Assembly (NCBI GenBank): GCA_963719225.1
Contig: CAVRAY010000002.1
Span: forward strand, 128,001 to 192,000
DNA: 64,000 nt
Origin: Thermoanaerobaculia bacterium
Lineage (GTDB): Bacteria > Acidobacteriota > Thermoanaerobaculia > UBA5066
Direction: 5' to 3'
Under the pieces are notes generated by a model. It was given only the letters and a program-made list of their open reading frames with translations. It was not told the DNA's origin and made no database searches. How positions within the stretch are numbered: the stretch's first letter is position 1; each line of letters opens with the position of its first letter. Of this stretch, positions 1 to 8,187 are shown in pieces. Position numbers and translations under genes: made by a program.

Positions 1-516
1 GACGGCCAGCATGACCAGGGAGTTGTAGTAGACGCGCTCTGTCGGAAATTCGCCCAACCGCGGACGCAACGCCTCAGCATGCGCTTCTTCAGGATCGCCT
101 CCAGCGCCGCTGGCGTCGCTCACCATGCGCTTTGCCACGAGGCGTGGCGGCCAAAGAGCAAACTCGCGAACGCTCTCAATCGCGAGCGCCTGCTTTAGGG
201 CGTCCGCGTCTTCATTGGACATGCCCCTCAAGCTCGACAGCGACACGGACGCGCTGTCACGTTCTTCATCAGGAAGTCCCTCGATGAGGTGGTTGCGCGA
301 CAGGCCCGTCTCGCCAGTGTCAGATTGGATCGAAGCGGCCGCGTTCGCGAATAGCCAGGATGACCCGAGGTCGAAGATGGTCTCAACCCCAATTCTCCCG
401 AGCGCGCTGGCGGCGCTGTCGCTGACGCCGAGGAGGGCTGACACGCGCAACTGCAGGACTTCGTCCGCTGATAGGGCTGAGTAACCTGCCTTGAGATGAT
501 CGGCGACGGTTGTCAT
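1..516 (-). CDS. Hypothetical protein, N-terminal 172 aa only (runs off the window start); two helix-hairpin-helix-like repeats
   Basis: Not in the ORF track because it is open-ended. ATG at 516 is preceded by AAGGAGAGG and the frame stays open to position 1: MTTVADHLKAGYSALSADEVLQLRVSALLGVSDSAASALGRIGVETIFDLGSS...SSLRGMSNEDADALKQALAIESVREFALWPP...RPRLGEFPTERVYYNSLVMLAV. Confidence 0.75.
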   Translation of the reverse strand, partial: MTTVADHLKAGYSALSADEVLQLRVSALLGVSDSAASALGRIGVETIFDLGSSWLFANAAASIQSDTGETGLSRNHLIEGLPDEERDSASVSLSSLRGMSNEDADALKQALAIESVREFALWPPRLVAKRMVSDASGAGGDPEEAHAEALRPRLGEFPTERVYYNSLVMLAV

Positions 517-664
517 GGTTGCCTCTCCTTCGCTTGGTCAACGTCAACTGAGGGATCGAAGAATTGCCGCATGAGCGCGGCGACGTCATTGACGGGATCT
601 AAAACCATACGTGGGCGGACACCGCGTTATCAGCCGAGCTACTACGATCGGCGCATCTCGTTGT

Positions 665-1270
665 ACCGGAATCGGTGGATCTGAGGACCCCGCCGCCATA
701 TGTCCAGGCCTAGATCGTGGCGGGGTTGGCAGGATTGATGGCCTGGGCTGGCACGTTCAGGTTCGTAACTTCCGCCATGGCGGCGGTCCACGTCCCACCA
801 GCGTCAGTGGACTTGAAGACCCCGCCAGCCATCCCGGCATAGAGTGTAGCGGGGTCTACGGGATTTATGGCCAGAGCCAGGACCTGCAGGTTCGTGAGTC
901 CCGTGTTGGCGGCGGCCCAGGTGCTGCCGGAGTTGGTGGACTTGAAGACCCCGTCGATCGTCGCAGCGTAGAGCGTAGCGGGGGTCGAGGGATTGATGGC
1001 CAGGGCGCTGACGGCCCCGGACGTGAGTCCCGTGCTGGCGTCCGTCCAAATGCCGCCGGCGTCAGTCGACCTGATGACCCCGCTGCCGCCCGCGGCGTAG
1101 ATCGTGGCGGGAGTCACTGGGTTGATGGCCAGAGCTGTGATGTTTCCGTCGAATGGCCCGCCGCCCGTCCAGACGCCCTGTCCGGCGTGAGCGACCGTGG
1201 AGAACGATGTGCCGATCGCCAGGAGGAGGCAGGCTGCCGTGTAACGCAGTGGAGAGTCTGTGTGTCGCAT
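665..1270 (-). pseudogene. Truncated BNR/VPS10-type beta-propeller surface protein (signal peptide plus ~4 blades)
   Basis: Same repeat as the two neighbouring paralogs. TAG at 712-710 replaces the conserved Tyr of PATIY. Repeat similarity continues in frame after the stop (AWTYGGGVLRSTDSG) and then breaks off near 665. Confidence 0.75.
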
Positions 1271-1306
1271 TTTGCTACCTCAATCTTCCGACTGTGGAAC
1301 GCGGTT

Positions 1307-4300
1307 CTATTTCGCTTCGACGGCGGTGGGATCGTTGGTGGTCTCGTCGATGACGGAGGCGAAGCCGGTGAAAGCGGCTCCTGGCGTGGATGAAGAGAGA
1401 ACGAGCCGGGCGCCGGTGACCAGGCCCGAGACTCCCATGTCGCGGACGACCCGATTGATCTGCGTCATGCCGTTCGGGGGAACGGAGTAGCTCCTCGTGG
1501 CAAGGGTCGCGCCGGCAGGAGATACGAGAGCGGCGTCGACCGTCGTGGAAACGTCGGCGTTGCTGGCGAGGATGAGATTGGAGCGGAAGCCGTCGCCCTC
1601 GCGGATGTAGAGGATCGAGCCTGAAGAGCCGGCGGGAATCAAGTTCGAGGCAGAAACGGCCGGAATGGTCTGGCTCAACGTTCCGCCAAACCCGGGCGTG
1701 GACGTCACGGAGACGATGTTGAGAGAAGGGGTGTCCGACGAGATACGGATAGCTCCGAAGTTCGAGGTCTGGTTGAAGACCGAGCCGAGAACGTCCAAGT
1801 AGGTGACAGACTTGCCGGACTCGAGGTTGAAGGTCTTCTCGGGGCCGCTCGAGCCGTCCTGGTTGTTGCCGAGGAACTTCATCGTGAAATTCGCGGGCGC
1901 GGCGCCGACGTTGGCGACCGCGACTTTCGTCGTATAGAAGGCGAGGTTGAGGCCGCTCGAATGGGCGCTCGCGGGAAGAAGCCAGATGTACGGCGCGGAC
2001 CCGGAGACGGCGAGGGGTTGGGCGAGGACCGCGGTCGGATCATTCGTCGTCTCGTCGATGACGGAGGCGAGAGCGGTGAAGGAGGCGCCCGTAGTCGAGG
2101 AGGAGAGAACGAGACGTGCGCCGGTGACGGGACCCGAGACTCCCATGTCCCTCACGACGCGGCTGATCTGGGTCATGCCGTTCGGCGGAACGGGGTAGGT
2201 CTTCGTCGCGAGGGTCTCGCCCGCCGGCGAGACGAGCGCGACGTCGACTTCCGTGGTGACGGAGGATCCGCTCGCGAGGATGAGGTTGGAGCGGAAACCG
2301 TCGCCCTCGCGGATGTAGAGGATCGATCGTGTGGAGCCGGCGGGAATGAGATCGGTGAAAGGGATGGTCGGAATCGCCTGACCGAAAGTTCCGCCGAAGC
2401 CGGGAGTGGAAGTCACCGAGACGATGTCAAGCGTCGAGGAATTCGACGTGATGCGGATGGCGCCGAAGTTATTCGTCTGGCTGAAGACCGAGCCGAGGAC
2501 GTCGAGGAACGTCGTGGACTTGCCCGGATCGAGGTTGAAGGACCGCTCGGGACCGGTCGAGCCGTCCTGGTTGTTGCCGAGGAACTTCAGTGTAAAGGAA
2601 GCCGCCGAGACGCCGGTGTTCGCGACCGCGACGTTCGTCGTGTAGAAGGCGCCGTTTACGCCAGAGGAGTGAGCGCTCGTGGGGAGGAGTGCGGTGATCG
2701 TGCTCGCTGCTGGAGCCGTCAATTGCCACACGCCGCCGCCCTCGAGCCCGGCGTAGAGGGTCACGGTTGCCCCCGTTGGGGCCAGGGCCAGAGCGTTGAC
2801 GTACAGGCTCGGCAGGCCGGTGTTAATCGCCTCCCAGGTGCCCCCGGAGTCGGTGGACCTGAGGACCCCGCCATTCGTCCCGGCGTACAGCGTGGCTGGC
2901 GTCGTCGGATCGATGGCCAGGGCGTTGACGCTCAGGTTCGTCAGCCCCGTGTTGGCGGCGGCCCAGGTCGACCCGCCGTTAGTGCTCTTGAAGACGCCCC
3001 TGTCAGTCCCGGCATAGAGCGTGGCCGTCTTCGAAGGATCGATGACCAGGTTTTCAACGCGGGTGGCGGTCAGGCCTGCGTTGATGGCGCTCCAGCTCCC
3101 CCCACCGTTGGTGCTCTTGAAGGCGCCGCCGTTCGACGTGCCGGCGTAGAGCGTGGCAGGCGTCGAGGGATCGATGGCCAGGGCCGTCACGTAAGTCACG
3201 TAAGTGTCGGGCGCAAGTTGCAGACCTGTGTTGATCGCGCTCCAGCTCCCCCCGCCGTTGGTGCTCTTGAAGAGGCCCCCGCCACCCTCCCGATAGCTGC
3301 GAGTCCCTGCATAGAGCGTGGCCGGCGACAAAGGATCAATCACCAGCGCGTAGACGGAACCCAGTGCGAAGACATAACTCCCGAGGCTCCCCGACCAGTG
3401 AGCTCCGCCGTCGGTGCTTTTGTAGAACCCGGGGTATTCATAATAGAAATCAGATGATGTGCCGGCGTAGACGGTGTCCGGCGCCGAAGGATCGACGGCC
3501 AGGGCCTGGAGCTTGGAGTAGAGGGCTTGGATAGCCGTCCAGCTCCCTCCGCCGTCGGTGCTCTTGAAGACGCTGCCATTGGGGTAACTGCCGGCGTACA
3601 CGGTGGTCGGCGCCGAGGGACCAACGGCCAGGGCGGTGACAGAGGACTTCATGCCCGTGTTGGTGGCCGTCCAGCTCTCCCCGCCGTCGGTGCTCTTGAA
3701 GACTCCTAGGAGAGTGCCGGCATAGAGGGTGGCTCCCGAAGGATCAATGGCGAGGGCCTGGACACCGCTGTCGGTCAGGCCGGAGTTGATGGGGCTCCAG
3801 CTCCCCCCGCCGTTGGTGCTCTTGAAGACGCCGCCGCCATAGGTTCCGGCGTAGAGGGTGGCCGGCGCAGAAGGGTCGATGACCAGGGCGTAGACGTACC
3901 GATTCGCCAGGCCCGTGTTGATGGCCGTCCAGCTCTCCCCACCGTTGGTGCTCTTGAAGGCACCGTTATACGCACCGGCGTAGAGCGTGGCGGGAGTCGA
4001 GCGATCGATGACCAGGGCGTCGACGGAGACGTTGGTCAGGCCGGTGTTGATGGCGGTCCAGCTCCCCCCGCCGTTGGTGCTCTTGAAGACACCGCCGCCC
4101 TCGTTCGCCGTGCTCGCGTAAAGCGTGGTCGGCGTCGACGGGTCAACCGCCAGGGCGATGACCAGGGTGCTGGTCAGGCCCGTGTTGATGGCTGTCCAGC
4201 TCGCCCCGCCGTTGGTGCTCTTGAAGACGCCCGCCAGGAGCGTGCCGGCGTAGAGCGTAGCTGGAGTCATAGGCTCAATGGCCAGGGTGTTGACATAAGT

Positions 4301-4690
4301 GTCTGTCAGGCCAGTGTTGATGGCTATCCAGCTCTCCCCGCCATTGGTGCTCTTGAAGACGCCGCCCTGAGTACCGGCGTACACCGTGGCTGGGTTCGAG
4401 GGGTCGATGGCCAGGGCGTAGACGCCCACGTTCGTCAGTCCGGTGTTGGCGGCAGCCCATGTGCCGCCCGAGTCGGTGCTCTTGAGGACGCCGCGGCCGT
4501 CGCCTGTGCCGGCGTAGAGCGTCGCCGGGTTCGCGGGGTTTATGGCCAGGGCTCTGATGTCCCCGCCGTAGGGTCCGTTGGTTGTCCAGGCTCCGACGCC
4601 CGCCGAGACTGTCGATGCGGGAGAAGCCAGGCCTGCGAGTATGAGGAGGGGAAGAAGACGGCGGATGCGGTTGTGCGTGGCGTTCTTCAT
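1307..4690 (-). CDS. Secreted 14-blade BNR/VPS10-like double beta-propeller protein with a tandem-duplicated C-terminal beta domain
   Basis: Signal peptide; 14 repeats of ALAIDPxxPATLYAGT-x-GVFKSTxGGxSW; two ~220-aa C-terminal copies running LLPxSAHSSG...VIDETTNDPTAV. Confidence 0.85.
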   Translation of the reverse strand: MKNATHNRIRRLLPLLILAGLASPASTVSAGVGAWTTNGPYGGDIRALAINPANPATLYAGTGDGRGVLKSTDSGGTWAAANTGLTNVGVYALAIDPSNPATVYAGTQGGVFKSTNGGESWIAINTGLTDTYVNTLAIEPMTPATLYAGTLLAGVFKSTNGGASWTAINTGLTSTLVIALAVDPSTPTTLYASTANEGGGVFKSTNGGGSWTAINTGLTNVSVDALVIDRSTPATLYAGAYNGAFKSTNGGESWTAINTGLANRYVYALVIDPSAPATLYAGTYGGGVFKSTNGGGSWSPINSGLTDSGVQALAIDPSGATLYAGTLLGVFKSTDGGESWTATNTGMKSSVTALAVGPSAPTTVYAGSYPNGSVFKSTDGGGSWTAIQALYSKLQALAVDPSAPDTVYAGTSSDFYYEYPGFYKSTDGGAHWSGSLGSYVFALGSVYALVIDPLSPATLYAGTRSYREGGGGLFKSTNGGGSWSAINTGLQLAPDTYVTYVTALAIDPSTPATLYAGTSNGGAFKSTNGGGSWSAINAGLTATRVENLVIDPSKTATLYAGTDRGVFKSTNGGSTWAAANTGLTNLSVNALAIDPTTPATLYAGTNGGVLRSTDSGGTWEAINTGLPSLYVNALALAPTGATVTLYAGLEGGGVWQLTAPAASTITALLPTSAHSSGVNGAFYTTNVAVANTGVSAASFTLKFLGNNQDGSTGPERSFNLDPGKSTTFLDVLGSVFSQTNNFGAIRITSNSSTLDIVSVTSTPGFGGTFGQAIPTIPFTDLIPAGSTRSILYIREGDGFRSNLILASGSSVTTEVDVALVSPAGETLATKTYPVPPNGMTQISRVVRDMGVSGPVTGARLVLSSSTTGASFTALASVIDETTNDPTAVLAQPLAVSGSAPYIWLLPASAHSSGLNLAFYTTKVAVANVGAAPANFTMKFLGNNQDGSSGPEKTFNLESGKSVTYLDVLGSVFNQTSNFGAIRISSDTPSLNIVSVTSTPGFGGTLSQTIPAVSASNLIPAGSSGSILYIREGDGFRSNLILASNADVSTTVDAALVSPAGATLATRSYSVPPNGMTQINRVVRDMGVSGLVTGARLVLSSSTPGAAFTGFASVIDETTNDPTAVEAK
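1318..2690. repeat. Intragenic tandem duplication (~0.7 kb unit) encoding the doubled C-terminal domain
   Basis: About 1318-1985 resembles about 2028-2690, e.g. gagccgtcctggttgttgccgaggaacttca and gagcggaa(g/a)ccgtcgccctcgcggatgtagaggatcga occur in both. Confidence 0.85.
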
Positions 4691-4806
4691 GGTCCCCTTC
4701 CTACGTGATGATCAAGATGTCGCCGCGACGTCGGGAAGTCGTTGGAGAAACAATGGAAAGTTCCGGGATTCTTCCGGGAGCGCTGATGCGGATTCGATTC
4801 GGGAAG
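4691..4806. promoter_or_regulatory. Duplicated copy of the 7374-7490 divergent promoter, including a relic of the regulator's first codons
   Basis: Near identity with 7374-7490 (atcaagatgtcgccgcgacgtcgggaagtcgttggagaaaca...ccgggagcgctga). Relic ATG CGG ATT CGA TTC GGG (MRIRFG) at 4786 matches MRIQFG at 7471. Confidence 0.8.
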
Positions 4807-4844
4807 GTGCCGGGCCGGGCTCAGGGCCCGAACGGCCTGCCCGC

Positions 4845-7373
4845 TCACGGGTAAACGAAGAAGTACGGGTCGTAGAGCAGCGTCTTGTTTCCGGGTGCGC
4901 TGTGATACTCCTTCGACTGTCCGCTGACGGTGTCCGTAACGTCGATCCAGAATTCCACGTCCGTGAACGTCGGGATCGCGATCCAGGCCCGGCCGTTATC
5001 CGTCGCCGTGTTGATCCGGATCAGATACTCGTACGTGCTCGCGTTCGCGATCCAGAAGGCGCCTATAACGTCGGTCAGCTTCGCCTTTGAGAGGGTCGAC
5101 ACGGCGCCGCCCGCGTACTGGTTCCTCCAGTGGCTGCGGATCCGGTAGCGCCCCCCGGCGAGGCACATTGTGGCCGCGTCCTCGACACAGCTACTCGCCC
5201 CAGCGGACGCCACGGTGATCGACTTCGTCGTCGCATTCGAGCCGCCGCTGTTGCTCGCGGTAAGCGTAACCGGGAACGCGCCCGCCGTCGCAAAGGCGTG
5301 GGTCGGACTCTGCGCAGGGGAGCTAAACCCGTCCCCGAAATCCCACGACCACGACGTCGGCCCGCCGGTCGACGTGTCCGTGAACTGGATCGTCTGGCCG
5401 GCTGAGGGGGACGAAGGGGTGAACGAGAAGTTCGCGATGGTGCCGCTCGTAGGAGCTGTCAATTGCCACACGCTGCCGCCGTAGAGTCCGGCGTAAAGGG
5501 TCGTCGCTCCTGTGGGATCGAGGACGAGAGTTTTGATGTTCAGGTTCGGCAGACCAGCATTAACGGCCTCCCACGTACTGCCGGAGTTGGTGGACCTGAA
5601 GACCCCGCCGCCCCAGATCGCGGCGTAGAGCGTTATCGGAGCTGCTGGATTGATGGCCAGGGCAGTGACGTGCATGCCCGTCAGCCCCGTGTTGGCGGCG
5701 GCCCATGTGTCGCCAGAATCGACGGACTTGAAGACCCCGCCGTTGTATGTCCCGGCGTAAAGCGTGGCGCTAGTCGAAGGATCGATGGCCAAGGCGAAGA
5801 CGTTCAGGCCCGTCAGGCCCGAAGCAGCCCAGCTGGCCCCGGAGTCGGTGGACTTGAAGACTCCGCCGGGGCCGTATGTACCGGCGTAGAGGGTAGCCGG
5901 GGACGAGGGATCGATGGCCAAGGCGCTGAAGTACGCGTTCGTCAGGCCCGTATTCGCGGCGGTCCAACTGGCCCCCGAGTCAGTGCTCTTGAAGACGCCG
6001 CCGCCCAACGTGCCAGCGTAGAGCGTGGCGGGGGTCGTGGGGTTGATGGCAACGGCACTCACGTTCAGGTTTGTCAATCCCGTGCTGGCGGCCGCCCACG
6101 TACCGCCGGAGTCCGTGGACTTGAAGAGTCCGCTGCCGTTCGTCCCGGTATAGAGGGTTGTGGGGCTCGACGGATTGATGGCGAGGACGTATGGTGAATT
6201 CGACAATCCCGTGTTGGCGGCGGTCCAGGTGCCGCCTGAGTCGGTGGACTTGAGGACTCCTCCGCCGCCGTACGTCCCGGCGTAGAGCGTGGCGGGGGTC
6301 GTGGGGTTAATCGCCAGGGCCAAGACGTCTACGTTTGTCAGGCCCGTGTCGGCACGGACCCACGTGCTCCCTGAGTCGGTGGACTTGAAAACCCCATCGC
6401 CCGCGGCATAGAGCGTGGCAGGCGCCACGGGATTGATGGCCAGGGTTCGGATCGAAAAGTCCGTCGTTTCCCTATGGACGGCGACCCATGTCCCGCCAGC
6501 GTTGGTGGACTTGAAGATTTCGCCACCGCCCGCGGCGTAGAGCGTTGTGGGGGTCCGCGGATCGATGGCCAGGGCGCTGGCCCAATTCACCAGTCCACTG
6601 TTGGCGGCTCCCCACGTGCGGCCGGAATTGATGGACTTGAAGACTCCGCTGTTCGTCAAGACGTAGAGCGTTGTCGGCGTCGCGGGATCGATGACCGGGG
6701 TGGAGACGGAGTTGAACCACCACGGGTCGTACGGCAGTCCCACGTTGGCGTCGGCCCAGGTGCCGCCGGAGTCACTGGACCTGAAGACTCCGCCACTCCC
6801 CGCGGCGTATAGCGTTGTGGGAGTCGCGGGGTCGATGGCCAGGGAATAGACGTCCACGCTCGGCAGTCCCTCGCTGGCGGCGGCCCAAGTGCCGCCGGAG
6901 TCGGTGGACTTGAAGACCCCGCTGCCGCCCGCGGCGTAGATCGTGGCGGGAGTCACTGGGTTAATGGCCAGGGCGGAGATGTACACGCTCGGCAGTCCCT
7001 CGCTGGCGGCGGCCCAGGTGCCGCCGGAGTCCGTGGACTTGAAGACTCCGTCATTCGCCCCGGCGTAGAGCGTGGCGGGAGTTAGTGGGTTGATGGCCAG
7101 GGCGTAAACGGACACGCCGGTCAGGCCGCTGTTGACGGCGGCCCAACTGGCTCCGCCATCGGTGCTCTTGAAGACGCCGCCGCCATTCGCCCCGGCATAG
7201 AGCGTGGCGGGGTTCACGGGATCGATGGCCAGGGCTGTGATGTCTCCGCCGTACGGCCCACCGGTCGTCCAGACCCCGACGCCCGCCGCGACCGTCGAGG
7301 CGGGAAAGGCCAGGCCAACGAGAATGAGGAGGGGAAGAAGAGGGCGGATTCGGCTGTGTGCGGCGTTCTTCAT
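4845..7373 (-). CDS. Secreted 14-blade BNR/VPS10-like beta-propeller protein with a PKD domain and a Cys-containing C-terminal domain
   Basis: Signal peptide nearly identical to the 1307-4690 paralog; 14 blades; PKD motif FTDTSTGGPTSWSWDFGDG; C-terminal CVEDAATMCLAGGRYRI... domain. Confidence 0.85.
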   Translation of the reverse strand: MKNAAHSRIRPLLPLLILVGLAFPASTVAAGVGVWTTGGPYGGDITALAIDPVNPATLYAGANGGGVFKSTDGGASWAAVNSGLTGVSVYALAINPLTPATLYAGANDGVFKSTDSGGTWAAASEGLPSVYISALAINPVTPATIYAAGGSGVFKSTDSGGTWAAASEGLPSVDVYSLAIDPATPTTLYAAGSGGVFRSSDSGGTWADANVGLPYDPWWFNSVSTPVIDPATPTTLYVLTNSGVFKSINSGRTWGAANSGLVNWASALAIDPRTPTTLYAAGGGEIFKSTNAGGTWVAVHRETTDFSIRTLAINPVAPATLYAAGDGVFKSTDSGSTWVRADTGLTNVDVLALAINPTTPATLYAGTYGGGGVLKSTDSGGTWTAANTGLSNSPYVLAINPSSPTTLYTGTNGSGLFKSTDSGGTWAAASTGLTNLNVSAVAINPTTPATLYAGTLGGGVFKSTDSGASWTAANTGLTNAYFSALAIDPSSPATLYAGTYGPGGVFKSTDSGASWAASGLTGLNVFALAIDPSTSATLYAGTYNGGVFKSVDSGDTWAAANTGLTGMHVTALAINPAAPITLYAAIWGGGVFRSTNSGSTWEAVNAGLPNLNIKTLVLDPTGATTLYAGLYGGSVWQLTAPTSGTIANFSFTPSSPSAGQTIQFTDTSTGGPTSWSWDFGDGFSSPAQSPTHAFATAGAFPVTLTASNSGGSNATTKSITVASAGASSCVEDAATMCLAGGRYRIRSHWRNQYAGGAVSTLSKAKLTDVIGAFWIANASTYEYLIRINTATDNGRAWIAIPTFTDVEFWIDVTDTVSGQSKEYHSAPGNKTLLYDPYFFVYP

Positions 7374-7414
7374 GGTTTCCCTCCCGGCGTGATAATCAAG
7401 ATGTCGCCGCGACG

Positions 7415-7463
7415 TCGGGAAGTCGTTGGAGAAACACTGGGAAGTTCCGGGGTTTCTCCGGGA
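7415..7463. promoter_or_regulatory. Putative winged-helix regulator binding site (direct repeats with ~11-bp period)
   Basis: tcggga (7415), ttggag (7426), ctggga (7437), ccgggg (7447), ccggga (7458) in the divergent intergenic region. SARP/OmpR-type domains bind helically phased direct repeats. Confidence 0.5.
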
Positions 7464-7470
7464 GCGCTGA

Positions 7471-8127
7471 TTGAGGATTCAATTCGGGGAGTGCGTGCTC
7501 GACTCCGAGACGCGGCAGCTCTCCGTTCGAGGTGAGGCGGTTCACCTTTCGCCGAAGGCCTTTCAGTTTCTGGAGCTGCTCCTGGAGAGCCGTCCCAAGG
7601 CCGTATCCAAGAGCGAGATCCACGAGCGCCTCTGGCCCGGCACGTTCGTTTCGGAGGGCACGCTCACGAGCCTTCTCGCCGAGGTCCGGTCGGCGACCGA
7701 AGACAGCGCTCGAGACTCGCGTTTCGTGCGGACCGTTCACCGCTTTGGCTATGCCTTCAGCGGACCTGCCGAGGAACATCGGGGAAGGGCTTCCGTCGCC
7801 GAAGGCCAGAACTTCGTTTACCGGCTCATCTGGGGAAACCGCGAAATCGCGCTGGGCCCAGGCGAGAACTTGTTTGGACGCGACGAAGATGCCGTCGTCT
7901 GGATCGACGATGCTCTCGTGTCGCGCCGGCATGCCCGAATCGTCATCGACGCGACGGGGGCGGTTCTGGAAGATCTCGGCAGCAAGAACGGGACGTACCT
8001 GCGCGGGAAGAGAATCGAAAACTCCAGGGAGCTCGCCGACGAGGATCAGATGACGATCGGACCGGCCTCGATGATCTTCCGCGTCTTCAAGCAGACGGCT
8101 TCGACGGCCACTGCGGTCGAGAAATAG
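7471..8127 (+). CDS. Winged-helix (OmpR/SARP-type trans_reg_C) plus FHA domain transcriptional regulator
   Basis: N-terminal LSPKAFQFLELL...LWPGTFVSEGTL...RTVHRFGYAF; FHA motifs GR, SRRHA and DLGSKNGT; TTG start. Confidence 0.9.
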   Translation: MRIQFGECVLDSETRQLSVRGEAVHLSPKAFQFLELLLESRPKAVSKSEIHERLWPGTFVSEGTLTSLLAEVRSATEDSARDSRFVRTVHRFGYAFSGPAEEHRGRASVAEGQNFVYRLIWGNREIALGPGENLFGRDEDAVVWIDDALVSRRHARIVIDATGAVLEDLGSKNGTYLRGKRIENSRELADEDQMTIGPASMIFRVFKQTASTATAVEK

Positions 8128-8187
8128 TCAGAACGTCACTCCCCTGCCTGTGGATTGTGCGACGATCGGAGACGAGCGCTGGTGCCG

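Noticed and set aside
599-712. Possible TAG read-through (pyrrolysine or recoding) in the short propeller gene
   Set aside because: The repeat is already degenerate around the stop and similarity ends ~15 codons later. Other genes here use TAG as a normal stop.
710-7300. Regular ~130-bp repeats that could be mistaken for a CRISPR array or DGR target
   Set aside because: The repeats are degenerate, in frame and encode propeller blades. There are no cas genes or reverse transcriptase in the window, and I saw no template/variable repeat pair differing only at adenines.
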